Below, one piece after another: positions 1-8,489 of a stretch of 39,471 nt of DNA. The translations under genes were made by a program, and so were the position numbers. Location: the sequence record OR594184, one strand, 5' to 3'. Positions within the stretch are counted from its first letter, which is position 1. Each line of letters opens with the position of its first letter. The notes beneath the pieces are model-generated. The model made no database searches and had not been told where the DNA came from. It saw only the letters and a program-made list of their open reading frames with translations. Source of the stretch: Escherichia phage vB_EcoM_SHAK9454.

Positions 1-1731
1 ATGACTGCACGTATGAAGGAAGACTTCGTGTTCTTCATCTTCGTTCTCTGGAAAGCTCTTAGCCTTCCGGTTCCAACCCGCTGCCAGATAGATATGTGTA
101 AGAAGCTGGCTGCTGGGGATAATCGCCGCTTCATCCTTCAGGCGTTCCGTGGTATTGGCAAGTCGTTTCTGACCTGTGGTTTCGTGGTCTGGAAACTATG
201 GAACAACCCAGACTTGAAGTTCATGATTGTGTCGGCCTCAAAGGAACGAGCCGATGCTAACTCCATATTCATCAAGCGAATCATCGACCTCATGCCTCAG
301 CTTCAGGAACTCAAACCTAAGCAGGGACAGCGAGATGCGGTTATCAGCTTCGACGTTGGGCCAGCCAAGCCAGACCACTCACCTTCGGTTAAGTCCGTTG
401 GTATCACTGGTCAGTTGACTGGTAGTCGTGCTGACATCCTGATTGCCGATGACGTGGAGGTTCCAAACAACTCTGCTACTCAGGCTGCGAGAGACCGTCT
501 GTCAGAGCTTGTAAAAGAGTTCGACGCTATCCTGAAGCCGGGAGGTACAATCATCTATCTGGGCACTCCTCAGAACGAGATGACCCTGTACCGTGAGCTG
601 GAAGGTCGTGGGTACACCACTACTATCTGGCCCGCTCGTTATCCACGCGACAGGAAGGACTGGCAGTCTTACGGTGACCGTCTGGCTCCTATGCTTCAGG
701 CAGAGCTGGAAGAGGACCCTGAGTCCTTCTACTGGCGTCCTACCGATGAAGTACGATTCGATGATACAGACCTGAAGGAACGTGAGTTGTCCTATGGTAA
801 AGCTGGCTTCGCTCTACAGTTCATGCTTAACCCTAACCTGAGTGATGCCGAGAAGTATCCTCTGAAGCTCCGTGACCTTATCGTAGCAGACTTGGACCCA
901 GAGTCAAGCCCAATGGTCTACCAATGGTTGCCGAACCCTCAGAACAAGCGTGAGGACGTTCCTAACGTTGGACTCATGGGTGATTCCTACCATACGTATC
1001 AGACTGTAGGCTCTGCCTTCAGCGCGTACACTCAGAAGATTCTGGTCATTGACCCTAGTGGTCGTGGTAAGGATGAGACTGGCTACGCTGTTCTGTACCA
1101 GCTCAACGGCTACATCTTCGTGATGGAAGCTGGTGGTATGCGCGGTGGGTATGAGGACTCAACGCTGGAAGCACTGGCTAAGATTGGTCGTAAGTGGAAG
1201 GTCAACGAATACGTCATTGAGGGTAACTTCGGCGATGGTATGTACCTTGAGCTATTCAAGCCTGTAGCGGCCCGTATCCATCCTGCTGCTGTAACTGAAG
1301 TGAAGAGTAAGGGCCAGAAAGAACTCCGCATCTGTGACGTTCTGGAGCCTATCATGGGGTCTCACCGACTTATCGTTAACGCTGCTGCTATCGTCCAAGA
1401 CTACCAGTCGGCCTCTGATAAGGATGGTGTTCGTAACCCTATCTACTCTCTCTTCTACCAGATGACACGTATATCTCGCGAACGTGGAGCCTTGGCACAC
1501 GATGACCGACTTGATGCGCTGGCTATCGGTGTACAGTTCTTCGTTGAGTCTATGGCTAAGGATGCCAACAAAGGCGAACGTGAAGTAACTGAGGAGTGGC
1601 TGGAGGAACAGATGGAGAACCCACGGAAAGGCTTCGAGTCCATCCACACTGAGTTCTGGGACAATGGGGTCCGGGTAACTCACGATACGGACGACGAGCT
1701 GGGACTAGGGTCATACGTTACGTTCCACTAG
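1..1731 (+). CDS. Terminase large subunit (T7 gene 19-like), 3' portion; its 5' end is at 39439..39471 because the window is a rotated genome
   Basis: 576-aa ORF from window start; recalled T7 gp19 blocks ([57 protein letters not shown]); reading frame is continuous with the last 33 nt of the window. Confidence 0.95.
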   Translation: MTARMKEDFVFFIFVLWKALSLPVPTRCQIDMCKKLAAGDNRRFILQAFRGIGKSFLTCGFVVWKLWNNPDLKFMIVSASKERADANSIFIKRIIDLMPQLQELKPKQGQRDAVISFDVGPAKPDHSPSVKSVGITGQLTGSRADILIADDVEVPNNSATQAARDRLSELVKEFDAILKPGGTIIYLGTPQNEMTLYRELEGRGYTTTIWPARYPRDRKDWQSYGDRLAPMLQAELEEDPESFYWRPTDEVRFDDTDLKERELSYGKAGFALQFMLNPNLSDAEKYPLKLRDLIVADLDPESSPMVYQWLPNPQNKREDVPNVGLMGDSYHTYQTVGSAFSAYTQKILVIDPSGRGKDETGYAVLYQLNGYIFVMEAGGMRGGYEDSTLEALAKIGRKWKVNEYVIEGNFGDGMYLELFKPVAARIHPAAVTEVKSKGQKELRICDVLEPIMGSHRLIVNAAAIVQDYQSASDKDGVRNPIYSLFYQMTRISRERGALAHDDRLDALAIGVQFFVESMAKDANKGEREVTEEWLEEQMENPRKGFESIHTEFWDNGVRVTHDTDDELGLGSYVTFH

Positions 1732-1825
1732 CTGAATGAATAACTATAGGCGAAAGCTGCATCAATACGCAGTTAGTAACCTATGGTTACTACCAGTCTA
1801 ACCTACTGTTTTACAAGGAGTTTGG

Positions 1826-1848
1826 ACTTAACTATCACTATAGGGAAG
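1826..1848 (+). promoter_or_regulatory. Phage RNAP promoter (phiOR-like, near right genome end)
   Basis: ACTTAACTATCACTATAGGGAAGA; matches the 11-member consensus TAAACTATCACTATAGG, +1 G at 1843. Confidence 0.8.
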
Positions 1849-2028
1849 ACCCCCGGTTACTTATAGTATTACTGTAGTGAATATACATATGCAGACTTTA
1901 TGCAAGACCTTAGGAGGAAGACTTCGAGTTCTTACCTAAGGCTTGCACCGATGGAAGGAGGGTGATATTAATCATAATCCCTCCAATACAGATAGTCACC
2001 GACCATAGATACAGGAGGTATGTAGCAT

Positions 2029-2187
2029 ATGGCAAAGACCAAAGCTGTACTTAAAGCTCTGGCGACCAATCGAGCTACATACAGGTTTCTTGCTGCTGTT
2101 CTACTTGCTGCTGGCGCTACTGCTGGAAGTCAGTGGGTCGGGTGGGTCGAGACTCTCGTATGTTCTCTGGTCTCTCAGTGTAATTAA
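2029..2187 (+). CDS. Small hypothetical protein (52 aa), positionally like T7 gene 19.5
   Basis: ATG 2029 with AGGAGG 2013-2018 upstream; MAKTKAVLKALATNRATYRFLAAVLLAAGATAGSQWVGWVETLVCSLVSQCN, hydrophobic core; below the 60-aa cutoff of the ORF track. Confidence 0.4.
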   Translation: MAKTKAVLKALATNRATYRFLAAVLLAAGATAGSQWVGWVETLVCSLVSQCN

Positions 2188-2220
2188 CGCCGTAATGGTA
2201 ACAATCAACGAAAGCAAGAC

Positions 2221-2261
2221 CTAAGGTCAGTTAATAGCTGACGCTACTCTACTGACCTTAG
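2221..2261. repeat. Perfect 10-bp inverted repeat (CTAAGGTCAG / CTGACCTTAG) forming a hairpin near the right genome end
   Basis: Inverted repeat read directly: 2221-2230 and 2252-2261 with a 21-nt spacer. Confidence 0.6.
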
Positions 2262-2339
2262 CTACTGTAGTCAAGGACTTTAGGTAACACCTTAATAGAA
2301 GCTCACTTAGGGTCATCCTACTTATTGGTCTATCCTAGT

Positions 2340-2395
2340 GTCGCCTGACCTACGGTCCTTGACCTACAGTGGCTGTGGCCTACAGTAGTGACGAT
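2340..2395. repeat. Short CCTACAG-type repeats flanking the right terminal repeat
   Basis: gacctacgg / gacctacagtgg / gcctacagtagtg in close succession. Confidence 0.5.
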
Positions 2396-2423
2396 GAGTT
2401 TTGGACCAAAAGTTTGAGACCAC

Positions 2424-2616
2424 ATCTCACACTTCAAGAACCTCAAGTCTCCCCATAGGCCCTCTTTCAGTCCAGACCAAAGGCCCTACCCCTACCCGTG
2501 CCAGTCTATCATAAGGTTGGACAGATGGTCAAGACTTAAGGTCAACGATAGGCTGAGGCTATGGCTTAGGGAAGGACGATAGGTTGGGACTATGGGTCTT
2601 CTTTGAGTCTCTATCT
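2424..2616. repeat. Direct terminal repeat, right-end copy (193 bp)
   Basis: Identical to 2617..2809 by direct comparison; begins ATCTCACAC, similar to the T7 genome end TCTCACAG. Confidence 0.9.
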
Positions 2617-2809
2617 ATCTCACACTTCAAGAACCTCAAGTCTCCCCATAGGCCCTCTTTCAGTCCAGACCAAAGGCCCTACCCCTACCCGTGCCAGTCT
2701 ATCATAAGGTTGGACAGATGGTCAAGACTTAAGGTCAACGATAGGCTGAGGCTATGGCTTAGGGAAGGACGATAGGTTGGGACTATGGGTCTTCTTTGAG
2801 TCTCTATCT
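2617..2809. repeat. Direct terminal repeat, left-end copy (193 bp); genome left end
   Basis: Second tandem copy, offset exactly 193 bp from the first. Confidence 0.9.
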
Positions 2810-2960
2810 GTATAACCATAAGTCACAACCATAGGTCACAGCCTACCTCTCACAACCATAAGCCATAACCTACAGTCTCACTAACCTACAGTCTCACTAA
2901 CCTACAGTCTCAACCATAAGACACCAACACCTAAAGTCATAGACCTACAGTTAATAGACA
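2810..2960. repeat. Array of short direct repeats after the left terminal repeat
   Basis: AACCTACAGTCTCACT repeated about 3 times at 2867-2912; AACCATAAG at 2813, 2853, 2911; analogous to the T7 short repeats flanking its terminal repeat. Confidence 0.7.
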
Positions 2961-3062
2961 CAAGGCTATAGACTTAAGGTCTAAGACATGTTAGTCAAAG
3001 ACTATATCCTCTTACACCATGGGGCCGACGATAGCTTAATCAATATTATTTCAAATTACCTA

Positions 3063-3092
3063 TTGACTATAGGTCCAGACTATGGCCTAATA
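3063..3092 (+). promoter_or_regulatory. Possible host sigma70 early promoter (weak -10)
   Basis: TTGACT at 3063-3068 preceded by an AT-rich stretch; only poor -10 candidates (CCTAAT/CTAATA) 17-18 bp downstream. Confidence 0.25.
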
Positions 3093-3202
3093 GCTTCCGT
3101 CAACACGACACGGCAACAACCGGATAGTGAAGACGCCGGTCCGGTCCGGTTAAGTAGTCAGCCTGTAAGACATACGAACAACAGGCAACCGACAGAAAGT
3201 AG

Positions 3203-3232
3203 TTGACAGGCAGTAACGACTTAAAGTAATAT
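3203..3232 (+). promoter_or_regulatory. Candidate host sigma70 early promoter (A-promoter-like)
   Basis: TTGACA (3203-3208), 18-bp spacer, TAATAT (3227-3232); lies between the left terminal repeat and the first early gene. Confidence 0.45.
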
Positions 3233-3343
3233 GTACCACATCGAAACAACGGTGATGACCAACACTGAATGGTCTACCTGAAGTCCTCTGACTGAAGGGA
3301 ATGCTCTTTAACAATCTGGATAAACTCTTAATGTGCGCCGATA

Positions 3344-3400
3344 GCGACTAACTACAGGGCCTTTGAGTCTACATCTGAAGGCCCTGACTGATAGTCACTA
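3344..3400 (+). promoter_or_regulatory. RNase III-like processing hairpin (early family, copy 1)
   Basis: Imperfect hairpin GACTAACTACAGGGCC ... GGCCCTGACTGATAGTC; conserved CCTGACTGATAGTCACTAAC motif about 20 nt before the start codon. Confidence 0.45.
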
Positions 3401-3418
3401 ACTTAAAGGATGGACACT

Positions 3419-3664
3419 ATGAAACACTTAAGCACAATCACTAATCGCAATGAAGTATTCGTGAACACTAAAGGTTATGCGTGGATTCAGCTTAAAGAGA
3501 TGACAGGAGCGCGTCACCGTGTGGTAGTGCGCAAGGTATCAAGCAAGCAGTTCAGCAACTACAGCGTCGATACTGTGCGTATAGACAACGAGACATACCT
3601 GATAGACTCGCAGATAACCGTGAGTCCTACAGTGGGCGTCTCAGCTCCTTATTTCACTAACTGA
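3419..3664 (+). CDS. Hypothetical early protein (81 aa)
   Basis: ORF with AAGGA 3406-3410 eight nt before ATG 3419; the ATG at 3410 overlaps the RBS and is less likely. Confidence 0.6.
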   Translation: MKHLSTITNRNEVFVNTKGYAWIQLKEMTGARHRVVVRKVSSKQFSNYSVDTVRIDNETYLIDSQITVSPTVGVSAPYFTN

Positions 3665-3666
3665 GA

Positions 3667-3719
3667 GTGATTAACTACAGGTCGTTAGACTGATAGCGGC
3701 CTGACTGATAGTCACTAAC
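3667..3719 (+). promoter_or_regulatory. RNase III-like processing hairpin (early family, copy 2)
   Basis: AACTACAGG ... CCTGACTGATAGTCACTAAC motif upstream of the Ocr-like gene. Confidence 0.45.
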
Positions 3720-3747
3720 ACATAATTAACTTTGAGAGGATATAACT

Positions 3748-4251
3748 ATGGAACGTAATGCTAACGCATACTATGAGCTGCTGGCTACAACCGTTGAGGC
3801 ATTTATCGAGCGTATTCAGTACGACCACCTGACTCAAGATGACGACTACAGCGCTGCGCTGCATGAGGTCGTAGACGGTCAGGTTCCACACTATTACCAC
3901 GAGATTTTTACGGTGATGGCTGCTGATGGTATAGACAACGAGTTCGAAGACTCTGGGATGATACCTGAAACCAAGGACGTAACGCGTATCCTACAAGCTC
4001 GCATCTATGAGGCACTTTATAACGACGTGTCTAATAGCTTGGATGTAGTCTGGTTTGAGGATGAAGAGGCAGACGAAGAGGATGAATATTGGGTAGTTGA
4101 CGCTAAAACAGGCGCAATAATTGTGCAAGCTGTAGCTCTTGAGGTCGCTACTGCATGTGCCAATGTTAACTATGCGGCAGGTCGCCACCTGAAGGTGGAA
4201 GACATCAATGATAACGTAGTGTTCGACCCTGCGGCTGAGGACTGCGAGTGA
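3748..4251 (+). CDS. ocr: Ocr-like DNA-mimic anti-restriction protein (T7 gene 0.3-like) with a ~50-aa C-terminal extension
   Basis: VPHYYHEIFTVMAADGIDNEFEDSGMIPETKDVTRILQARIYE matches the recalled T7 Ocr core; acidic tail EDEEADEEDEYW; ORF continues ~50 codons beyond; strong RBS GAGAGGA. Confidence 0.8.
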   Translation: MERNANAYYELLATTVEAFIERIQYDHLTQDDDYSAALHEVVDGQVPHYYHEIFTVMAADGIDNEFEDSGMIPETKDVTRILQARIYEALYNDVSNSLDVVWFEDEEADEEDEYWVVDAKTGAIIVQAVALEVATACANVNYAAGRHLKVEDINDNVVFDPAAEDCE

Positions 4252-4396
4252 TGGTAACTTATGGCCTCTGCCAGCACCACGTCACTAACGCCCGGCTTAT
4301 GGTCAAGACCGGGCAGTTAGACCACGATTGGGCTATGCGTCTCTTGAAAGTGGTCTACAGGAGACGCAAGCGTATACACGACAGTTTACACGCTAA

Positions 4397-4447
4397 GTGA
4401 CAGACTACAGGTCATCAATGCTGGTGGCCTGACTGATAGTCATTAAC
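4397..4447 (+). promoter_or_regulatory. RNase III-like processing hairpin (early family, copy 3)
   Basis: AGACTACAGG ... CCTGACTGATAGTCATTAAC motif upstream of the ORF at 4464. Confidence 0.4.
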
Positions 4448-4463
4448 AACTGAGAGGGAAGAT

Positions 4464-4691
4464 ATGAACACAATCACTGGTGCCATAACCAAAGGTTTTC
4501 GAGCAATTTTCGGTGAAACGCAAGAAGTATGCACCAATCATAAATTCGTACTTTCTTGCGTAGCAGGTGACGAGTTTGACGGGTTCGATAAACTGGTGGT
4601 TTGCGACCATTGCGGACAAGAGGCTATCCAACACTCAAACGGTAAATTTGAATTAATAGACGATAGCCTTACAGAAGGAGACGGCGAGTAA
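4464..4691 (+). CDS. Hypothetical early protein (75 aa) with Cys pairs, possible zinc ribbon
   Basis: RBS GAGAGGGAAG then ATG; C-x-N-H ... C-x-x-x-x-x-x-x-x-x-x-x-x-x-x-CDHC arrangement; acidic C-terminus. Confidence 0.6.
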   Translation: MNTITGAITKGFRAIFGETQEVCTNHKFVLSCVAGDEFDGFDKLVVCDHCGQEAIQHSNGKFELIDDSLTEGDGE

Positions 4692-4823
4692 CCTAAATAA
4701 ACAGGAGAGAACCAAATCATAGCTTGACCATAACACTGACGTGATGGTACTGAGTGGTAGACGAGAGGTCATCGACTGATAGGTGGCCTCAAAGATTACC
4801 ACTTACATTGATAGGAGTTAACT

Positions 4824-4928
4824 ATGAGCACCGCAATCATCTGGACTATCTCAGGCTTCGTAGCGTGGGGAATGTTTACTCTAGTCTGCAAACTACCGGT
4901 CCTTACTCAACTGTTATGGGGCTTATGA
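4824..4928 (+). CDS. Small hydrophobic peptide (34 aa)
   Basis: AGGAG 4813-4817 six nt before ATG 4824; MSTAIIWTISGFVAWGMFTLVCKLPVLTQLLWGL; stop overlaps the next start (ATGA). Confidence 0.4.
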   Translation: MSTAIIWTISGFVAWGMFTLVCKLPVLTQLLWGL

Positions 4929-5128
4929 CTATGAGTATCGCACTATTGATAGCCATAGGCTATGGAATTATCGCCTACGTGCTGGTGAGAGACATCAACA
5001 AAGCGCGTAAAGTCTACAAATTCAAATATGTACGTCTGGGTAGCTGGACTGTACGTCAACCTAACGGACGATTCATGCGCAACTTAGCGAACGTCTGGGA
5101 TATAGCAACTCTTGGGAGCAAACTGTAA
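4925..5128 (+). CDS. Hypothetical small membrane protein (67 aa)
   Basis: ATG 4925 in frame with track ORF 4754..5128; N-terminal hydrophobic segment MTMSIALLIAIGYGIIAYVLV then basic tail; translationally coupled to neighbours. Confidence 0.5.
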   Translation: MTMSIALLIAIGYGIIAYVLVRDINKARKVYKFKYVRLGSWTVRQPNGRFMRNLANVWDIATLGSKL

Positions 5129-5454
5129 TGAACAAGTCATACGGGATTAATCTGGTACACTCTATGGACGCAGAAATGAACATGTTAAGCCTACTGGCTA
5201 CCGGGTATCGTCACGGAACGTCAAGTCACACCGCACGTCAACAGCAGGAGCGGGACCGTGTACTTCAGGCACGACTTCGGGCCGAGGGCCATAAGTACGA
5301 GCTGATGGGTCTGATATGTGGTGGACGACCAATAACCGACGATGGTAAACTTCTGGTATCAGGCTGGAAGGCGATAGACCAACGGTCATCCATCAAGCAC
5401 ACGACACATGGTGACTTCAGCCATCTTCACGCTAACCCACTGATATGCAAGTAA
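5128..5454 (+). CDS. Hypothetical early protein (108 aa) at the position where T7 has gene 0.7
   Basis: ORF whose ATG overlaps the upstream stop (TAATG); no kinase motifs seen. Confidence 0.6.
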   Translation: MNKSYGINLVHSMDAEMNMLSLLATGYRHGTSSHTARQQQERDRVLQARLRAEGHKYELMGLICGGRPITDDGKLLVSGWKAIDQRSSIKHTTHGDFSHLHANPLICK

Positions 5455-5459
5455 TTATG

Positions 5460-5482
5460 ACTTAACTATCACTATAGGACTC
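5460..5482 (+). promoter_or_regulatory. Phage RNAP promoter immediately upstream of the RNA polymerase gene
   Basis: ACTTAACTATCACTATAGGACTC, +1 G at 5477; leader 5477-5551 contains direct repeats AAGTGAAAGAC x2 and GACTTTAAGT x2. Confidence 0.75.
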
Positions 5483-5551
5483 AAGGTCTAAGACTCAAAG
5501 TGAAAGACCAAAGAGACTTTAAGTGAAAGACTAATAACAAGGACTTTAAGT

Positions 5552-8233
5552 ATGAGCGTCATCTCTATTGACAAACACGACTTCTCTGATGTGTCGAACG
5601 CCATTGAGCCGTTTAACCTGCTGGCTGACCACTACGGGCAAGACCTTGCAGTCAAACAGCTTCAGCTTGAGCATGAGGCATACACTGAAGGCGAGCGACG
5701 TTTCATCAAGAACCTTGAGCGGCAGACTGAGCGCGGGGAACTGGCAGACAATCAGGTCGCCAAGCCTTTGATGCAGACTCTGGTCCCTAAGATTGCGCAA
5801 GCCGTCAGGGAGTGGCACGAAGGCCAAGACGGGAAGCTGTCAACCTCTCGTCCGAGTGTAGCGTTCACCATGTTGAGCACTGAAGAGAAGGCCGTAAAGG
5901 AACGATCTCTGCGCATCTCCTGTGAGTCTGCTGCGGTTATCGTACTGAAGGTCATACTCTCCAAGCTGGTCAAGCCTGAAGGGATCCCGATTACACCTAT
6001 GGCCTCAGCGATAGGTCGCACACTTGAGGACGAAATCCGCTTCGGTCGCATCCGTGACAAAGAGAAAGAGCACTTCAAGAAGGCGATAGCTGATAACCTG
6101 AATAAGCGGGCCGGGGCGTCATATAAGAAAGCCTACATGCAAGCGGTCGAGGCGTCCATGCTGGAGCAAGGCCAACTGGAAGATGCGTGGGGGACTTGGA
6201 GTCCTACAGAGGCCGTCCACGTTGGCATCAAGATGCTCGAGATTGTCATCCAGTCAACACAACTGGTCGAGCTTAAGCGGTACGGTGCTGGTAATGCAGC
6301 GGCTGACGTAGAGATGGTCCACCTGTCAGACTTCTGGGTCAAGAAGATGGCACAACGAGGATTCAGCCTTGCGGGTATCGCCCCAGTCTACCAGCCTTGC
6401 GTCGTCCCACCTAAGCCGTGGACTGGTGTCGTAGGTGGTGGGTACTGGGCCAAAGGTCGCAGACCGTTACCATTGATTCGCTTAGGGTCTAAGTCTGCGG
6501 TAGCACGTTATGAAGACGTATACATGCCTGAAGTCTATGACGCTGTGAATATCATCCAGAATACACCTTGGAAAGTGAACAAGAAGGTATTGGACGTGGT
6601 GAACATGGTCGAGAAGCTGAACAACACGCCTATTGATGACATCCCTCAGATGGAACCGCTGAAGCCTGAGGACTATGCTGGTGAAACCGAGGAGGAACTC
6701 AAGGCATGGAAGAAGGCTGCTGCTGGTATCTATCGCCGCGAGAAGGCCAGACAGTCACGCAGATTATCGCTGAACTTTATCGTTAACCAAGCAAACAAGT
6801 TCTCTCAGTTCAAGGCCATCTGGTTCCCGTACAACATGGATTGGCGAGGTCGTGTCTACGCTGTGCCGATGTTCAACCCTCAGGGTAACGACATGCAAAA
6901 GGGTCTTCTGACTCTGGCAGTCGGTAAGCCTATTGGTGCTGATGGTTTCAAATGGCTGAAGGTTCACGGTGCAAACTGCGCGGGTGTCGATAAAGTCACC
7001 TTCGAGGAGCGTATCAAGTGGGTGGAAGATAACCACGACAACATCATGGCTGCTGCCAAGGCACCGATGGATAGCATTGAGTGGTGGGGCAAGTTAGACT
7101 CTCCGTTCTGCTTCCTAGCGTTCTGCTTCGAGTATGCTGGCGTAATGCACCACGGCTTGTCTTACTCCTGCTCGCTGCCGATAGCGTTCGATGGGTCCTG
7201 CTCTGGGATTCAGCACTTCAGCGCTATGCTTCGTGACCACATCGGTGGACATGCAGTAAACCTGACGCCATCCGGTAAGGTCCAAGACATCTACCGCATT
7301 GTGTCTGACCGCATTGAGGAGCAGCTTAAAGTACTGCTGATTAACGGCACTGACAACGAGATGGTCACTCACGAGGATAAGAAAACTGGTGAGATTACCG
7401 AACGTATCAAGCTGGGGACACGAGAGCTGGCCCGTCAGTGGCTGACATACGGTATGTCACGCAAGGTCACTAAGCGTTCAGTCATGACTCTGGCATACGG
7501 GTCGAAAGAGTACGGCTTCGCAGACCAAGTTTACGAGGACATCGTGATGCCAGCGATTGACTCAGGGTCTGGCGCTATGTTCACTGAACCAAGCCAAGCG
7601 TCTCGCTTCATGGCAAAGATGATTTGGGAAGCTGTGAGTGTGACAGTAGTTGCTGCGGTTGACGCGATGAAGTGGCTTCAAGGTGCTGCCAAGCTGCTGG
7701 CTGCTGAAGTGAAGGACAAGAAGACTGGAGAAATCCTGAAGCCTTGCCTTCCGGTACACTGGGTCACACCTGATGGTTTCCCTGTCTGGCAGGAATACCG
7801 CAAGAAGGACACCACTCGTCTGAACCTGATGTTCTTAGGGTCATTCAACCTTCAGCCTACCGTCAACAAAGGCACGAAGAAAGAGCTGGACAAGCACAAG
7901 CAGGAGTCAGGCATTAGCCCGAACTTCGTCCACTCACAAGATGGTAGCCACCTCCGCAAGACTGTAGTCCACACTCACCGAAAGTATGGCGTGATGTCAT
8001 TCGCAGTGATTCACGATAGCTTCGGGACCATCCCGGCTGACGCTGAGTATCTGTTCCGTGGAGTCCGTGAGACGATGGTAGAGACTTACCGCGATAACGA
8101 TGTGCTGCTTGACTTCTACGAGCAGTTTGAATACCAGCTTCACGAGAGCCAGCGCGACAAGTTGCCTGAGCTTCCGAAGAAAGGTAAACTGAATATCGAA
8201 GACATCTTGTCTTCAGACTTTGCATTCGCTTAA
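5552..8233 (+). CDS. Single-subunit DNA-dependent RNA polymerase (T7 gene 1-like)
   Basis: 893 aa; DGSCSGIQHFSAMLRD (motif A), HDSFGT (motif C), C-terminal DFAFA, specificity-loop region TRLNLMFLGSFNLQP. Confidence 0.98.
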   Translation: MSVISIDKHDFSDVSNAIEPFNLLADHYGQDLAVKQLQLEHEAYTEGERRFIKNLERQTERGELADNQVAKPLMQTLVPKIAQAVREWHEGQDGKLSTSRPSVAFTMLSTEEKAVKERSLRISCESAAVIVLKVILSKLVKPEGIPITPMASAIGRTLEDEIRFGRIRDKEKEHFKKAIADNLNKRAGASYKKAYMQAVEASMLEQGQLEDAWGTWSPTEAVHVGIKMLEIVIQSTQLVELKRYGAGNAAADVEMVHLSDFWVKKMAQRGFSLAGIAPVYQPCVVPPKPWTGVVGGGYWAKGRRPLPLIRLGSKSAVARYEDVYMPEVYDAVNIIQNTPWKVNKKVLDVVNMVEKLNNTPIDDIPQMEPLKPEDYAGETEEELKAWKKAAAGIYRREKARQSRRLSLNFIVNQANKFSQFKAIWFPYNMDWRGRVYAVPMFNPQGNDMQKGLLTLAVGKPIGADGFKWLKVHGANCAGVDKVTFEERIKWVEDNHDNIMAAAKAPMDSIEWWGKLDSPFCFLAFCFEYAGVMHHGLSYSCSLPIAFDGSCSGIQHFSAMLRDHIGGHAVNLTPSGKVQDIYRIVSDRIEEQLKVLLINGTDNEMVTHEDKKTGEITERIKLGTRELARQWLTYGMSRKVTKRSVMTLAYGSKEYGFADQVYEDIVMPAIDSGSGAMFTEPSQASRFMAKMIWEAVSVTVVAAVDAMKWLQGAAKLLAAEVKDKKTGEILKPCLPVHWVTPDGFPVWQEYRKKDTTRLNLMFLGSFNLQPTVNKGTKKELDKHKQESGISPNFVHSQDGSHLRKTVVHTHRKYGVMSFAVIHDSFGTIPADAEYLFRGVRETMVETYRDNDVLLDFYEQFEYQLHESQRDKLPELPKKGKLNIEDILSSDFAFA

Positions 8234-8248
8234 CAGGAGAAGAAGTAT

Positions 8249-8479
8249 ATGTCAATGAAACTTGTAGTACACAACAGAGTATACAACGATGGGTCGGGAC
8301 GTTGCCATGTAGAGCTTACTTATAAGGATTTAGTCATTCTCCGAGACAGATTACAAGCAGGTGTGACTGGGTGGATTCAACCTAACGAGTACAGCCTTAT
8401 AGCTTCGATTGATGAAGTGCTTAACGCGTGGATGGAAGACGAGCGCACTCAGTATCCGTCATTCCCTATAATTAGATAA
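8249..8479 (+). CDS. Hypothetical protein (76 aa) immediately downstream of the RNAP gene
   Basis: AGGAG 8235-8239 then ATG 8249; no recognised motif. Confidence 0.55.
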   Translation: MSMKLVVHNRVYNDGSGRCHVELTYKDLVILRDRLQAGVTGWIQPNEYSLIASIDEVLNAWMEDERTQYPSFPIIR

Positions 8480-8489
8480 GGAGAGAGTT

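Noticed and set aside
2424-2809. Tandem repeats considered as a CRISPR array or satellite
   Set aside because: Only two copies, 193 bp each, no spacers, and the T7-like end sequence and flanking short repeats identify them as the phage terminal repeat
2988-3206. 72-aa ORF in the leader between the terminal repeat and the first early gene
   Set aside because: No ribosome-binding site, lies in the region expected to hold host promoters, and overlaps the best sigma70 candidate; likely non-coding
3308-3336. TTAACA ... TAATGT as a third sigma70 promoter
   Set aside because: Spacer is only 15 bp and the alternative -10 (ATGTGC) is poor
4754-5128. 124-aa ORF as given in the six-frame track
   Set aside because: The N-terminal 57 codons overlap a better-supported 34-codon ORF with a strong RBS in another frame; the real start is more likely the ATG at 4925
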